A stretch of DNA of 64,000 nucleotides from Bilabrum cf. latius (Eukaryota). Under the pieces are notes generated by a model, which was not told the DNA's origin, did no database searches, and saw nothing but the letters and a program-made list of their open reading frames with translations. Location: the NCBI GenBank assembly GCA_965178125.1, contig OZ237739.1, positions 434,001 to 498,000 on the forward strand. The letters run 5' to 3'. A program made the position numbers and the translations under genes. Position 1 is the first letter of the stretch; each line of letters starts with the position of its first letter. This document shows positions 12,001 to 27,000 of this stretch, in pieces.

Positions 12001-15000
12001 CCAAGCTAGACACAGACGCGATCACGCTAGACGTCGACCCGGCCGCCGCGTCCCGAAGCACGCGCCCGCCCACCACCACCTCGATGGACTCGCTCACGCC
12101 ATCCAGCGTGTCGTTGTTCACCATCGTGCACGGCCCGATCACCACCTCGCCCGTGCTGGCGTTCACGCTCGCGTGCGGCGCGCTGCCCAGCAGTGACAGT
12201 GGCGTCACCAGCACGCCGCCGCACACCACGCGCAGCTTCGTCAGAGACGGCCCGCTCACGGACACCACCGAGATGCTCGCAGGGTCCAGCACGCCGTCGG
12301 GCCCGCCAGGACGCACGCGGATCACCACGTCCCTCGCCGTGCCCGCTGGCAATGCGGCGGCCACCACCACCTCCACCGACTGGCCGCCCACCACGCTCGA
12401 CGGACTCAGCGACGAGCTCAGGCTGCTGTCCGGCGTGCGCGCGTACATCTGCACCGCAGGATCCGCGTGCTGCATCAGCACATCCGCCTCCGCTGCCACG
12501 CTCGCGTTGCGGGAGTCGCCCACATCGGGGTGCGACCACCACCGGGCAGACAGGCTCGCGTTCACGCTGCCGCCAAGGTCGATGCTCGGCAGAAGCTCCA
12601 CCTCCACCACCACCGACAACGAGTCGCCCACGTCCAGCCGAGGCCACACGATCACCGCGCCTGCAAGGCTGTCCGCAGACACCCCGGATGCCGACGCAGA
12701 TGCCGTGTCCGCTCCCGCGCGACGAGACCCGCCCTCGCTCCACGCCGGCTGCACCACGCCGTTCACCCACACGCCAGACACCACGTACCTGCCGTCCAGC
12801 AGCGTCGAGTCCAGCAGCGTCACGTTGAACACAGACGCGGCCGATCCGCCCGCATGCCCCACCGTCATGGTGAAGTTCAGCTTGTCGCCGCCGTCCGTGT
12901 CCGTGAAGGCCACGGGGCTCACGCCGGGCGCTGCCAAAGACCCCTCCGATACCGTCAGCGTCACCACGCGAGACACGGCCTCGCCGCCGCTCAGGTCAGA
13001 CCCAGACACAGACGCCGTCGCATCCACGCCCACGCCGCCCTGCGCCGCCGCCGTGTTGCGGACCACGCCGCGCAGCACGATCTCCACGCCCTCCACAGTC
13101 AGCCCGTTGTCCGTGCCGGCGTTCGTCACGTCGCCCAGCTGCACCGTCGCCGTGCCGGCCGCCCCGTCCACGCTCCAGTGGGACGAGTTCAGGCCGCTCA
13201 GCGCGCCCGATCCGCCCGCAAGCGACGACGTCACGTTCGACCCGGACCCTGCCGTGGCTCGCACTGACACCACCTCCAGCAGCTCCAGCACGTCCGCTCG
13301 AGACAGGCTCACGCTCACCGACGACCCCACCAGAGTGCCTTCCGCAAGCTACAGCACCGCCGTCAGCTCCACCACCTGCCCCACCGCCACGCGCCCGGGA
13401 CCCGCCACACTAGGATCCTACACGCTCGCGTTCCACACCAATCCAGGACCAGGCACTGACACGGCCGTCGACACAGGCGCCTCGGAGCTCTCGTTCCGGC
13501 TCACCCCGTACGAGCTGCCCACCACCGGGTGCGAGCTCCACTCCACCCGCACGTCCGTCGGCACCGTCGTGCCAGATGCAGCCGCGTCCGTCAGACGCAC
13601 GCGGTACACCAGCACAGAGCTGCTCACCACAGACTCCAACACGGCCCACTCGCCGCTCGTGCTGTGCCCGATCACCGACCCGCTCGTCTCGCGGTTGTAC
13701 CGCTCCGTCCCGTCCACCACCACAGACTCCACCACGTACGACGGGCCCGGCAGCGACGCGTCCACCAGCCGCACCCAGTACGCCTGGTTGTATCCCGCGC
13801 CCTGCGTCGCGTTCACTACCACCACCATCTGCACCGCGTCGCCTCCGTCGCCCACCGCGCTGGCAGGACTCACAGACACAGACACATCCGGCTCCAGCAC
13901 AGACAGGCTCGCCGACTCGGAGCTCATCGTCTCCTGCGTCACGAATGCCGCATCCACATCGATGCTGGCCCCGCGAGACACAGCGCTCACGTTCTCCACG
14001 GTCGCCTCCAGCACCACCTCCAGGATCTCCCCGGCGCCAGACACGCCCACGTCCCGGTCCACATTGCGCAGCACGCACAGAGGCGCCCGGTACCACGACG
14101 CCAATGGACCGCCCAGACGCACCACAGACAGCCCGGACAGGTCATCCAGATACGACTGCACGCCAGACCCGCCCGACCCCACACCGCTGCAGCTCGACAC
14201 CAGCACGCTGCTCGGCGACGAGTCAGTGCTGCCGTTCACCACCACGCGAGCCGACACCACCCGACGCAGACCGAGACCACTCACCAGCGACGATCCCGGC
14301 ACAGACACGTTCAGCACCGCATCGCTCATGCGGGCTTCCGGCAGAGCCACGCTCACGTTCACAGTCACCACGCTGCCCACCACCACGTCCAGGCCGCCAG
14401 ATGTCGCGCCGTCCGAAGACACAGACAGGCTCAACGATGGCGACCCCACGCTCAGCGACGATGCAGACGTGGTCGATACCACGGACTCGTTTCGAGACTC
14501 AGACGGGCTGGGATGGCTGCCCCACCGCACGCTCACGAAAGGCACAGGGTACGATGCCCCGGCCTCCACGTCCGACGACACAAGCACCTCCCACTGCACG
14601 GCCAGCACCTGACCCGCTCCCACCTCGCTCAGCACAAGCACCGCGTCGGCCAGCGACGCAGACCCGCCTGCCACCAGCGACCCGTTCACCCACACGCGAC
14701 CCACAGAGTACACCGGAGCCCCCGTGGCCGTCAAGCTCACGTTCGCCAGCACCGAGTCCGCGACCACCACGTCAAACACAGACGCGCCCGCCGACGCGAT
14801 GGGCCGCAGCACAGTCGAGAACAACAGAGAGTCCCCGCCGTCCACGTCAGACAGCACCGACGGAAGCAACACATCCGGCCGAGACAGGCCCTGCCCCGCC
14901 ACCGTCAAAGTCACGCTCGAGTTCGTCACGGCAGGCACCACGTCCAAGCTAGACACAGACGCGATCACGCTAGACGTCGACCCGGCCGCCGCGTCCCGAA

Positions 15001-18000
15001 GCACGCGCCCGCCCACCACCACCTCGATGGACTCGCTCACGCCATCCAGCGTGTCGTTATTCACCATCGTGCACGGACCGATCACCACCTCGCCCGTGCT
15101 GGCGTTCACGCTCGCGTGCGGCGCGCTGCCCAGCAGAGACAGTGGCGTCACCAGCACGCCGCCGCACACCACGCGCAGCTTCGTCAGAGACGGCCCGCTC
15201 ACGGACACCACCGAGATGCTCGCAGGGTCCAGCACGCCGTCGGGCCCGCCAGGACGCACGCGGATCACCACGTCCCTCGCCGTGCCCGCTGGCAATGCGG
15301 CGGCCACCACCACCTCCACCGACTGGCCGCCCACCACGCTCGACGGACTCAGCGACGAGCTCAGGCTGCTGTCCGGCGTGCGCGCGTACATCTGCACCGC
15401 AGGATCCGCGTGCTGCATCAGCACATCTGCCTCCGCTGCCACGCTCGCGTTGCGGGAGTCGCCCACGTCGGGGTGCGACCACCACCGGGCAGACAGGCTC
15501 GCGTTCACGCTGCCGCCAAGGTCGATGCTCGGCAGAAGCTCCACCTCCACCACCACCGACAACGAGTCGCCCACGTCCAGCCGAGGCCACACGATCACCG
15601 CGCCTGCAAGGCTGTCCGCAGACACCCCGGATGCCGACGCAGATGCCGCGTCCGCTCCCGCGCGACGAGACCCGCCCTCGCTCCACGCCGGCTGCACCAC
15701 GCCGTTCACCCACACGCCAGACACCACGTACCTGCCGTCCAGCAGCGTCGAGTCCAGCAGCGTCACGTTGAACACAGACGCGGCCGATCCGCCCGCATGC
15801 CCCACCGTCATGGTGAAGTTCAGCTTGTCGCCGCCGTCCGTGTCCGTGAAGGCCACGGGGCCCACGCCGGGCGCTGCCAAAGACCCCTCCGATACCGTCA
15901 GCGTCACCACGCGAGACACGGCCTCGCCGCCGCTCAGGTCAGACCCAGACACAGACGCCGTCGCATCCACGCCCACGCCGCCCTGCGCCGCCGCCGTGTT
16001 GCGGACCACGCCGCGCAGCACGATCTCCACGCCCTCCACAGTCAGCCCATCGTCCGTGCCGGCGTTCGTCACGTCGCCCAGCTGCACCGTCGCCGTGCCG
16101 GCCGCCCCGTCCACGCTCCAGTGGGACGAGTTCAGGCCGCTCAGCGCGCCCGATCCGCCCGCAAGCGACGACGTCACGTTCGACCCGGACCCTGCCGTGG
16201 CTCGCACTGACACCACCTCCAGCAGCTCCAGCACGTCCGCTCGAGACAGGCTCACGCTCACCGACGACCCCACCAGAGTGCCTTCCGCAAGCTACAGCAC
16301 CGCCGTCAGCTCCACCACCTGCCCCACCGCCACGCGCCCGGGACCCGCCACACTAGGATCCTACACGCTCGCGTTCCACACCAATCCAGGACCAGGCACT
16401 GACACGGCCGTCGACACAGGCGCCTCGGAGCTCTCGTTCCGGCTCACCCCGTACGAGCTGCCCACCACCGGGTGCGAGCTCCACTCCACCCGCACGTCCG
16501 TCGGCACCGTCGTGCCAGATGCAGCCGCGTCCGTCAGACGCACGCGGTACACCAGCACAGAGCTGCTCACCACAGACTCCAACACGGCCCACTCGCCGCT
16601 CGTGCTGTGCCCGATCACCGACCCGCTCGTCTCGCGGTTGTACCGCTCCGTCCCGTCCACCACCACAGACTCCACTACGTACGACGGGCCCGGCAGCGAC
16701 GCGTCCACCAGCCGCACCCAGTACGCCTGGTTGTATCCCGCGCCCTGCGTCGCGTTCACTACCACCACCATCTGCACCACGTCGCCTCCGTCGCCCACCG
16801 CGCTGGCAGGACTCACAGACACAGACACATCCGGCTCCAGCACAGACAGGCTCGCCGACTCGGAGCTCATCGTCTCCTGCGTCACGAATGCCGCATCCAC
16901 ATCGATGCTGGCCCCGCGAGACACAGCGCTCACGTTCTCCACGGTCGCCTCCAGCACCACCTCCAGGATCTCCCCGGCGCCAGACACGCCCACGTCCCGG
17001 TCCACATTGCGCAGCACGCACAGAGGCGCCCGGTACCACGACGCCAATGGACCGCCCAGACGCACCACAGACAGCCCGGACAGGTCATCCAGATACGACT
17101 GCACGCCAGACCCGCCCGACCCCACACCGCTGCAGCTCGACACCAGCACGCTGCTCGGCGACGAGTCAGTGCTGCCGTTCACCACCACGCGAGCCGACAC
17201 CACCCGACGCAGACCGAGACCACTCACCAGCGACGATCCCGGCACAGACACGTTCAGCACCGCATCGCTCATGCGGGCTTCCGGCAGAGCCACGCTCACG
17301 TTCACAGTCACCACGCTGCCCACCACCACGTCCAGGCCGCCAGATGTCGCGCCGTCCGAAGACACAGACAGGCTCAACGATGGCGACCCCACGCTCAGCG
17401 ACGATGCAGACGTGGTCGATACCACGGACTCGTTTCGAGACTCAGACGGGCTGGGATGGCTGCCCCACCGCACGCTCACGAAAGGCACAGGGTACGATGC
17501 CCCGGCCTCCACGTCCGACGACACAAGCACCTCCCACTGCACGGCCAGCACCTGACCCGCTCCCACCTCGCTCAGCACAAGCACCGCGTCGGCCAGCGAC
17601 GCAGACCCGCCTGCCACCAGCGACCCGTTTACCCACACGCGACCCATAGAGTACACCGGAGCCCCCGTGGCCGTCAAGCTCACGTTCGCCAGCACCGAGT
17701 CCGCAACCACCACGTCAAACACAGACGCGCCCGCCGACGCGATGGGCCGCAGCACAGTCGAGAACAACAGAGAGTCCCCGCCGTCCACGTCAGATAGCAC
17801 CGACGGAAGCAACACATCCGGCCGAGACAGGCCCTGCCCCGCCACCGTCAAAGTCACGCTCGAGTTCGTCACGGCAGGCACCACGTCCAAGCTAGACACA
17901 GACGCGATCACGCTAGACGTCGACCCGGCCGCCGCGTCCCGAAGCACGCGCCCGCCCACCACCACCTCGATGGACTCGCTCACGCCATCCAGCGTGTCGT

Positions 18001-21000
18001 TGTTCACCATCGTGCACGGCCCGATCACCACCTCGCCCGTGCTGGCGTTCACGCTCGCGTGCGGCGCGCTGCCCAGCAGAGACAGTGGCGTCACCAGCAC
18101 GCCGCCGCACACCACGCGCAGCTTCGTCAGAGACGGCCCGCTCACGGACACCACCGAGATGCTCGCAGGGTCCAGCACGCCGTCGGGCCCGCCAGGACGC
18201 ACGCGGATCACCACGTCCCTCGCCGTGCCCGCTGGCAATGCGGCGGCCACCACCACCTCCACCGACTGGCCGCCCACCACGCTCGACGGACTCAGCGACG
18301 AGCTCAGGCTGCTGTCCGGCGTACGCGCGTACATCTGCACCGCAGGATCCGCGTGCTGCATCAGCACATCCGCCTCCGCTGCCACGCTCGCGTTGCGGGA
18401 GTCGCCCACATCGGGGTGCGACCACCACCGGGCAGACAGGCTCGCGTTCACACTGCCGCCAAGGTCGATGCTCGGCAGAAGCTCCACCTCCACCACCACC
18501 GACAACGAGTCGCCCACGTCCAGCCGAGGCCACACGATCACCGCGCCTGCAAGGCTCTCCGCAGACACCCCGGATGCCGACGCAGATGCCGCGTCCGCTC
18601 CCGCGCGACGAGACCCGCCCTCGCTCCACGCCGGCTGCACCACGCCGTTCACCCACACGCCAGACAGCACATACCTGCCGTCCAGCAGCGTCGAGTCCAG
18701 CAGCGTCACGTTAAACACAGACGCGGCCGATCCGCCCGCATGCCCCACCGTCATGGTGAAGTTCAGCTTGTCGCCGCCGTCCGTGTCCGTGAAGGCCACC
18801 GGGCTCACGCCGGGCGCTGCCAAAGACCCCTCCGATACCGTCAGCGTCACAACGCGAGACACGGCCTCGCCGCCGCTCAGGTCAGACCCAGACACAGACG
18901 CCGTCGCATCCACGCCCACGCCGCCCTGCGCCGCCGCCGTGTTGCGGACCACGCCGCGCAGCACGATCTCCACGCCCTCCACAGTCAGCCCATTGTCCGT
19001 GCCGGCGTTCGTCACGTCGCCCAGCTGCACCGTCGCCGTGCCGGCCGCCCCGTCCACGCTCCAGTGGGACGAGTTCAGGCCGCTCAGCGCGCCCGATCCG
19101 CCCGCAAGCGACGACGTCACGTTCGACCCGGACCCTGCCGTGGCTCGCACTGACACCACCTCCAGCAGCTCCAGCACGTCCGCTCGAGACAGGCTCACGC
19201 TCACCGACGACCCCACCAGAGTGCCTTCCGCAAGCTACAGCACCGCCGTCAGCTCCACCACCTGCCCCACCGCCACGCGCCCGGGACCCGCCACACTAGG
19301 ATCCTCCACGCTCGCGTTCCACACCAATCCAGGACCAGGCACTGACACGGCCGTCGACTCAGGCGCCTCGGAGCTCTCGTTCCGGCTCACCCCGTACGAG
19401 CTGCCCACCACCGGGTGCGAGCTCCACTCCACCCGCACGTCCGTCGGCACCGTCGTGCCAGATGCAGCCGCGTCCGTCAGACGCACGCGGTACACCAGCA
19501 CAGAGCTGCTCACCACAGACTCCAACACGGCCCACTCGCCGCTCGTGCTGTGCCCGATCACCGACCCGCTCGTCTCGCGGTTGTACCGCTCCGTCCCGTC
19601 CACCACCACAGACTCCACCACGTACGACGGGCCCGGCAGCGACGCGTCCACCAGCCGCACCCAGTACGCCTGGTTGTATCCCGCGCCCTGCGTCGCGTTC
19701 ACTACCACCACCATCTGCACCACGTCGCCTCCGTCGCCCACCGCGCTGGCAGGACTCACAGACACAGACACATCCGGCTCCAGCACAGACAGGCTCGCCG
19801 ACTCGGAGCTCATCGTCTCCTGCGTCACGAATGCCGCATCCACATCGATGCTGGCCCCGCGAGACACAGCGCTCACGTTCTCCACGGTCGCCTCCAGCAC
19901 CACCTCCAGGATCTCCCCGGCGCCAGACACGCCCACGTCCCGGTCCACATTGCGCAGCACGCACAGAGGCGCCCGGTACCACGACGCCAATGGACCGCCC
20001 AGACGCACCACAGACAGCCCGGACAGGTCATCCAGATACGACTGCACGCCAGACCCGCCCGACCCCACACCGCTGCAGCTCGACACCAGCACGCTGCTCG
20101 GCGACGAGTCAGTGCTGCCGTTCACCACCACGCGAGCCGACACCACCCGACGCAGACCGAGACCACTCACCAGCGACGATCCCGGCACAGACACGTTCAG
20201 CACCGCATCGCTCATGCGGGCTTCCGGCAGCGCCACGCTCACGTTCACAGTCACCACGCTGCCCACCACCACGTCCAGGCCGCCAGATGTCGCGCCGTCC
20301 GAAGACACAGACAGGCTCAACGATGGCGACCCCACGCTCCGCGACGATGCAGACGTGGTCGATACCACGGACTCGTTTCGGGACTCAGACGGGCTGGGAT
20401 GGCTGCCCCACCGCACGCTCACGAAAGGCACAGGGTACGATGCCCCGGCCTCCACGTCCGACGACACAAGCACCTCCCACTGCACGGCCAGCACCTGACC
20501 CGCTCCCACCTCGCTCAGCACAAGCACCGCGTCGGCCAGCGACGCAGACCCGCCTGCCACCAGCGACCCGTTCACCCACACGCGACCCACAGAGTACACC
20601 GGAGCCCCCGTGGCCGTCAAGCTCACGTTCGCCAGCACCGAGTCCGCGACCACCACGTCAAACACAGACGCGCCCGCCGACGCGATGGGCCGCAGCACAG
20701 TCGAGAACAACAGAGAGTCCCCGCCGTCCACGTCAGATAGCACCGACGGAAGCAACACATCCGGCCGAGACAGGCCCTGCCCCGCCACCGTCAAAGTCAC
20801 GCTCGAGTTCGTCACGGCAGGCACCACGTCCAAGCTAGACACAGACGCGATCACGCTAGACGTCGACCCGGCCGCCGCGTCCCGAAGCACGCGCCCGCCC
20901 ACCACCACCTCGATGGACTCGCTCACGCCATCCAGCGTGTCGTTGTTCACCATCGTGCACGGCCCGATCACCACCTCGCCCGTGCTGGCGTTCACGCTCG

Positions 21001-24000
21001 CGTGCGGCGCGCTGCCCAGCAGAGACAGTGGCGTCACCAGCACGCCGCCGCACACCACGCGCAGCTTCGTCAGAGACGGCCCGCTCACGGACACCACCGA
21101 GATGCTCGCAGGGTCCAGCACGCCGTCGGGCCCGCCAGGACGCACGCGGATCACCACGTCCCTCGCCGTGCCCGCTGGCAATGCGGCGGCCACCACCACC
21201 TCCACCGACTGGCCGCCCACCACGCTCGACGGACTCAGCGACGAGCTCAGGCTGCTGTCCGGCGTGCGCGCGTACATCTGCACCGCAGGATCCGCGTGCT
21301 GCATCAGCACATCCGCCTCCGCTGCCACGCTCGCGTTGCGGGAGTCGCCCACATCGGGGTGCGACCACCACCGGGCAGACAGGCTCGCGTTCACGCTGCC
21401 GCCAAGGTCGATGCTCGGCAGAAGCTCCACCTCCACCACCACCGACAACGAGTCGCCCACGTCCAGCCGAGGCCACACGATCACCGTGCCTGCAAGGCTG
21501 TCCGACGACACCCCGGATGCCGACGCAGATGCCGCGTCCGCTCCCGCGCGACGAGACCCGCCCTCGCTCCACGCCGGCTGCACCACGCCGTTCACCCACA
21601 CGCCAGACACCACGTACCTGCCGTCCAGCAGCGTCGAGTCCAGCAGCGTCACGTTGAACACAGACGCGGCCGATCCGCCCGCATGCCCCACCGTCATGGT
21701 GAAGTTCAGCTTGTCGCCGCCGTCCGTGTCCGTGAAGGCCACCGGGCTCACGCCGGGCGCTGCCAAAGACCCCTCCGATACCGTCAGCGTCACCACGCGA
21801 GACACGGCCTCGCCGCCGCTCAGGTCAGACCCAGACACAGACACCGTCGCATCCACGCCCACGCCGCCCTGCGCCGCCGCCGTGTTGCGGACCACGCCGC
21901 GCAGCACGATCTCCACGCCCTCCACAGTCAGCCCATCGTCCGTGCCGGCGTTCGTCACGTCGCCCAGCTGCACCGTCGCCGTGCCGGCCGCCCCGTCCAC
22001 GCTCCAGTGGGACGAGTTCAGGCCGCTCAGCGCGCCCGATCCGCCCGCAAGCGACGACGTCACGTTCGACCCGGACCCTGCCGTGGCTCGCACTGACACC
22101 ACCTCCAGCAGCTCCAGCACGTCCGCTCGAGACAGGCTCACGCTCACCGACGACCCCACCAGAGTGCCTTCCGCAAGCTACAGCACCGCCGTCAGCTCCA
22201 CCACCTGCCCCACCGCCACGCGCCCGGGACCCGCCACACTAGGATCCTCCACGCTCGCGTTCCACACCAATCCAGGACCAGGCACTGACACGGCCGTCGA
22301 CACAGGCGCCTCGGAGCTCTCGTTCCGGCTCACCCCGTACGAGCTGCCCACCACCGGGTGCGAGCTCCACTCCACCCGCACGTCCGTCGGCACCGTCGTG
22401 CCAGATGCAGCCGCGTCCGTCAGACGCACGCGGTACACCAGCACAGAGCTGCTCACCACAGACTCCAACACGGCCCACTCGCCGCTCGTGCTGTGCCCGA
22501 TCACCGACCCGCTCGTCTCGCGGCTGTACCGCTCCGTCCCGTCCACCACCACAGACTCCACCACGTACGACGGGCCCGGCAGCGACGCGTCCACCAGCCG
22601 CACCCAGTACGCCTGGTTGTATCCCGCGCCCTGCGTCGCGTTCACTACCACCACCATCTGCACCACGTCGCCTCCGTCGCCCACCGCGCTGGCAGGACTC
22701 ACAGACACAGACACATCCGGCTCCAGCACAGACAGGCTCGCCGACTCGGAGCTCATCGTCTCCTGCGTCACGAATGCCGCATCCACATCGATGCTGGCCC
22801 CGCGAGACACAGCGCTCACGTTCTCCACGGTCGCCTCCAGCACCACCTCCAGGATCTCCCCGGCGCCAGACACGCCCACGTCCCGGTCCACATTGCGCAG
22901 CACGCACAGAGGCGCCCGGTACCACGACGCCAATGGACCGCCCAGACGCACCACAGACAGCCCGGACAGGTCATCCAGATACGACTGCACGCCAGACCCG
23001 CCCGACCCCACACCGCTGCAGCTCGACACCAGCACGCTGCTCGGCGACGAGTCAGTGCTGCCGTTCACCACCACGCGAGCCGACACCACCCGACGCAGAC
23101 CGAGACCACTCACCAGCGACGATCCCGGCACAGACACGTTCAGCACCGCATCGCTCATGCGGGCTTCCGGCAGAGCCACGCTCACGTTCACAGTCACCAC
23201 GCTGCCCACCACCACGTCCAGGCCGCCAGATGTCGCGCCGTCCGAAGACACAGACAGGCTCAACGATGGCGACCCCACGCTCAGCGACGATGCAGACGTG
23301 GTCGATACCACGGACTCGTTTCGGGACTCAGACGGGCTGGGATGGCTGCCCCACCGCACGCTCACGAAAGGCACAGGGTACGATGCCCCGGCCTCCACGT
23401 CCGACGACACAAGCACCTCCCACTGCACGGCCAGCACCTGACCCGCTCCCACCTCGCTCAGCACAAGCACCGCGTCGGCCAGCGACGCAGACCCGCCTGC
23501 CACCAGCGACCCGTTCACCCACACGCGACCCACAGAGTACACCGGAGCCCCCGTGGCCGTCAAGCTCACGTTCGCCAGCACCGAGTCCGCGACCACCACG
23601 TCAAACACAGACGCGCCCGCCGACGCGATGGGCCGCAGCACAGTCGAGAACAACAGAGAGTCCCCGCCGTCCACGTCAGACAGCACCGACGGAAGCAACA
23701 CATCCGGCCGAGACAGGCCCTGCCCCGCCACCGTCAAAGTCACGCTCGAGTTCGTCACGGCAGGCACCACGTCCAAGCTAGACACAGACGCGATCACGCT
23801 AGACGTCGACCCGGCCGCCGCGTCCCGAAGCACGCGCCCGCCCACCACCACCTCGATGGACTCGCTCACGCCATCCAGCGTGTCGTTGTTCACCATCGTG
23901 CACGGCCCGATCACCACCTCGCCCGTGCTGGCGTTCACGCTCGCGTGCGGCGCGCTGCCCAGCAGAGACAGTGGCGTCACCAGCACGCCGCCGCACACCA

Positions 24001-27000
24001 CGCGCAGCTTCGTCAGAGACGGCCCGCTCACGGACACCACCGAGATGCTCGCAGGGTCCAGCACGCCGTCGGGCCCGCCAGGACGCACGCGGATCACCAC
24101 GTCCCTCGCCGTGCCCGCTGGCAATGCGGCGGCCACCACCACCTCCACCGACTGGCCGCCCACCACGCTCGACGGACTCAGCGACGAGCTCAGGCTGCTG
24201 TCCGGCGTGCGCGCGTACATCTGCACCGCAGGATCCGCGTGCTGCATCAGCACATCCGCCTCCGCTGCCACGCTCGCGTTGCGGGAGTCGCCCACATCGG
24301 GGTGCGACCACCACCGGGCAGACAGGCTCGCGTTCACGCTGCCGCCAAGGTCGATGCTCGGCAGAAGCTCCACCTCCACCACCACCGACAACGAGTCGCC
24401 CACGTCCAGCCGAGGCCACACGATCACCGCGCCTGCAAGGCTGTCCGCAGACACCCCGGATGCCGACGCAGATGCCGCGTCCGCTCCCGCGCGACGAGAC
24501 CCGCCCTCGCTCCACGCCGGCTGCACCACGCCGTTCACCCACACGCCAGACACCACATACCTGCCGTCCAGCAGCGTCGAGTCCAGCAGCGTCACGTTGA
24601 ACACAGACGCGGCCGATCCGCCCGCATGCCCCACCGTCATGGTGAAGTTCAGCTTGTCGCCGCCGTCCGTGTCCGTGAAGGCCACCGGGCTCACGCCGGG
24701 CGCTGCCAAAGACCCCTCCGATACCGTCAGCGTCACCACGCGAGACACGGCCTCGCCGCCGCTCAGGTCAGACCCAGACACAGACGCCGTCGCATCCACG
24801 CCCACGCCGCCCTGCGCCGCCGCCGTGTTGCGGACCACGCCGCGCAGCACGATCTCCACGCCCTCCACAGTCAGCCCGTTGTCCGTGCCGGCGTTCGTCA
24901 CGTCGCCCAGCTGCACCGTCGCCGTGCCGGCCGCCCCGTCCACGCTCCAGTGGGACGAGTTCAGGCCGCTCAGCGCGCCCGATCCGCCCGCAAGCGACGA
25001 CGTCACGTTCGACCCGGACCCTGCCGTGGCTCGCACAGACACCACCTCCAGCAGCTCCAGCACGTCCGCTCGAGACAGGCTCACGCTCACCGACGACCCC
25101 ACCAGAGTGCCTTCCGCAAGCTACAGCACCGCCGTCAGCTCCACCACCTGCCCCACCGCCACGCGCCCGGGACCCGCCACACTAGGATCCTCCACGCTCG
25201 CGTTCCACACCAATCCAGGACCAGGCACTGACACGGCCGTCGACACAGGCGCCTCGGAGCTCTCGTTCCGGCTCACCCCGTACGAGCTGCCCACCACCGG
25301 GTGCGAGCTCCACTCCACCCGCACGTCCGTTGGCACCGTCGTGCCAGATGCAGCCGCGTCCGTCAGACGCACGCGGTACACCAGCACAGAGCTGCTCACC
25401 ACAGACTCCAACACGGCCCACTCGCCGCTCGTGCTGTGCCCGATCACCGACCCGCTCGTCTCGCGGCTGTACCGCTCCGTCCCGTCCACCACCACAGACT
25501 CCACCACGTACGACGGGCCCGGCAGCGACGCGTCCACCAGCCGCACCCAGTACGCCTGGTTGTATCCCGCGCCCTGCGTCGCGTTCACTACCACCACCAT
25601 CTGCACCACGTCGCCTCCGTCGCCCACCGCGCTGGCAGGACTCACAGACACAGACACATCCGGCTCCAGCACAGACAGGCTCGCCGACTCGGAGCTCATC
25701 GTCTCCTGCGTCACGAATGCCGCATCCACATCGATGCTGGCCCCGCGAGACACAGCGCTCACGTTCTCCACGGTCGCCTCCAGCACCACCTCCAGGATCT
25801 CCCCGGCGCCAGACACGCCCACGTCCCGGTCCACATTGCGCAGCACGCACAGAGGCGCCCGGTACCACGACGCCAATGGACCGCCCAGACGCACCACAGA
25901 CAGCCCGGACAGGTCATCCAGATACGACTGCACGCCAGACCCGCCCGACCCCACACCGCTGCAGCTCGACACCAGCACGCTGCTCGGCGACGAGTCAGTG
26001 CTGCCGTTCACCACCACGCGAGCCGACACCACCCGACGCAGACCGAGACCACTCACAAGCGACGATCCCGGCACAGACACGTTCAGCACCGCATCGCTCA
26101 TGCGGGCTTCCGGCAGCGCCACGCTCACGTTCACAGTCACCACGCTGCCCACCACCACGTCCAGGCCGCCAGATGTCGCGCCGTCCGAAGACACAGACAG
26201 GCTCAACGATGGCGACCCCACGCTCAGCGACGATGCAGACGTGGTCGATACCACGGACTCGTTTCGGGACTCAGACGGGCTGGGATGGCTGCCCCACCGC
26301 ACGCTCACGAAAGGCACAGGGTACGATGCCCCGGCCTCCACGTCCGACGACACAAGCACCTCCCACTACACGGCCAGCACCTGACCCGCTCCCACCTCGC
26401 TCAGCACAAGCACCGCGTCGGCCAGCGACGCAGACCCGCCTGCCACCAGCGACCCGTTCACCCACACGCGACCCACAGAGTACACCGGAGCCCCCGTGGC
26501 CGTCAAGCTCACGTTCGCCAGCACCGAGTCCGCGACCACCACGTCAAACACAGACGCGCCCGCCGACGCGACGGGCCGCAGCACAGTCGAGAACAACAGA
26601 GAGTCCCCGCCGTCCACGTCAGATAGCACCGACGGAAGCAACACATCCGGCCGAGACAGGCCCTGCCCCGCCACCGTCAAAGTCACGCTCGAGTTCGTCA
26701 CGGCAGGCACCACGTCCAAGCTAGACACAGACGCGATCACGCTAGACGTCGACCCGGCCGCCGCGTCCCGAAGCACGCGCCCGCCCACCACCACCTCGAT
26801 GGACTCGCTCACGCCATCCAGCGTGTCGTTGTTCACCATCGTGCACGGCCCGATCACCACCTCGCCCGTGCTGGCGTTCACGCTCGCGTGCGGCGCGCTG
26901 CCCAGCAGAGACAGTGGCGTCACCAGCACGCCGCCGCACACCACGCGCAGCTTCGTCAGAGACGGCCCGCTCACGGACACCACCGAGATGCTCGCAGGGT

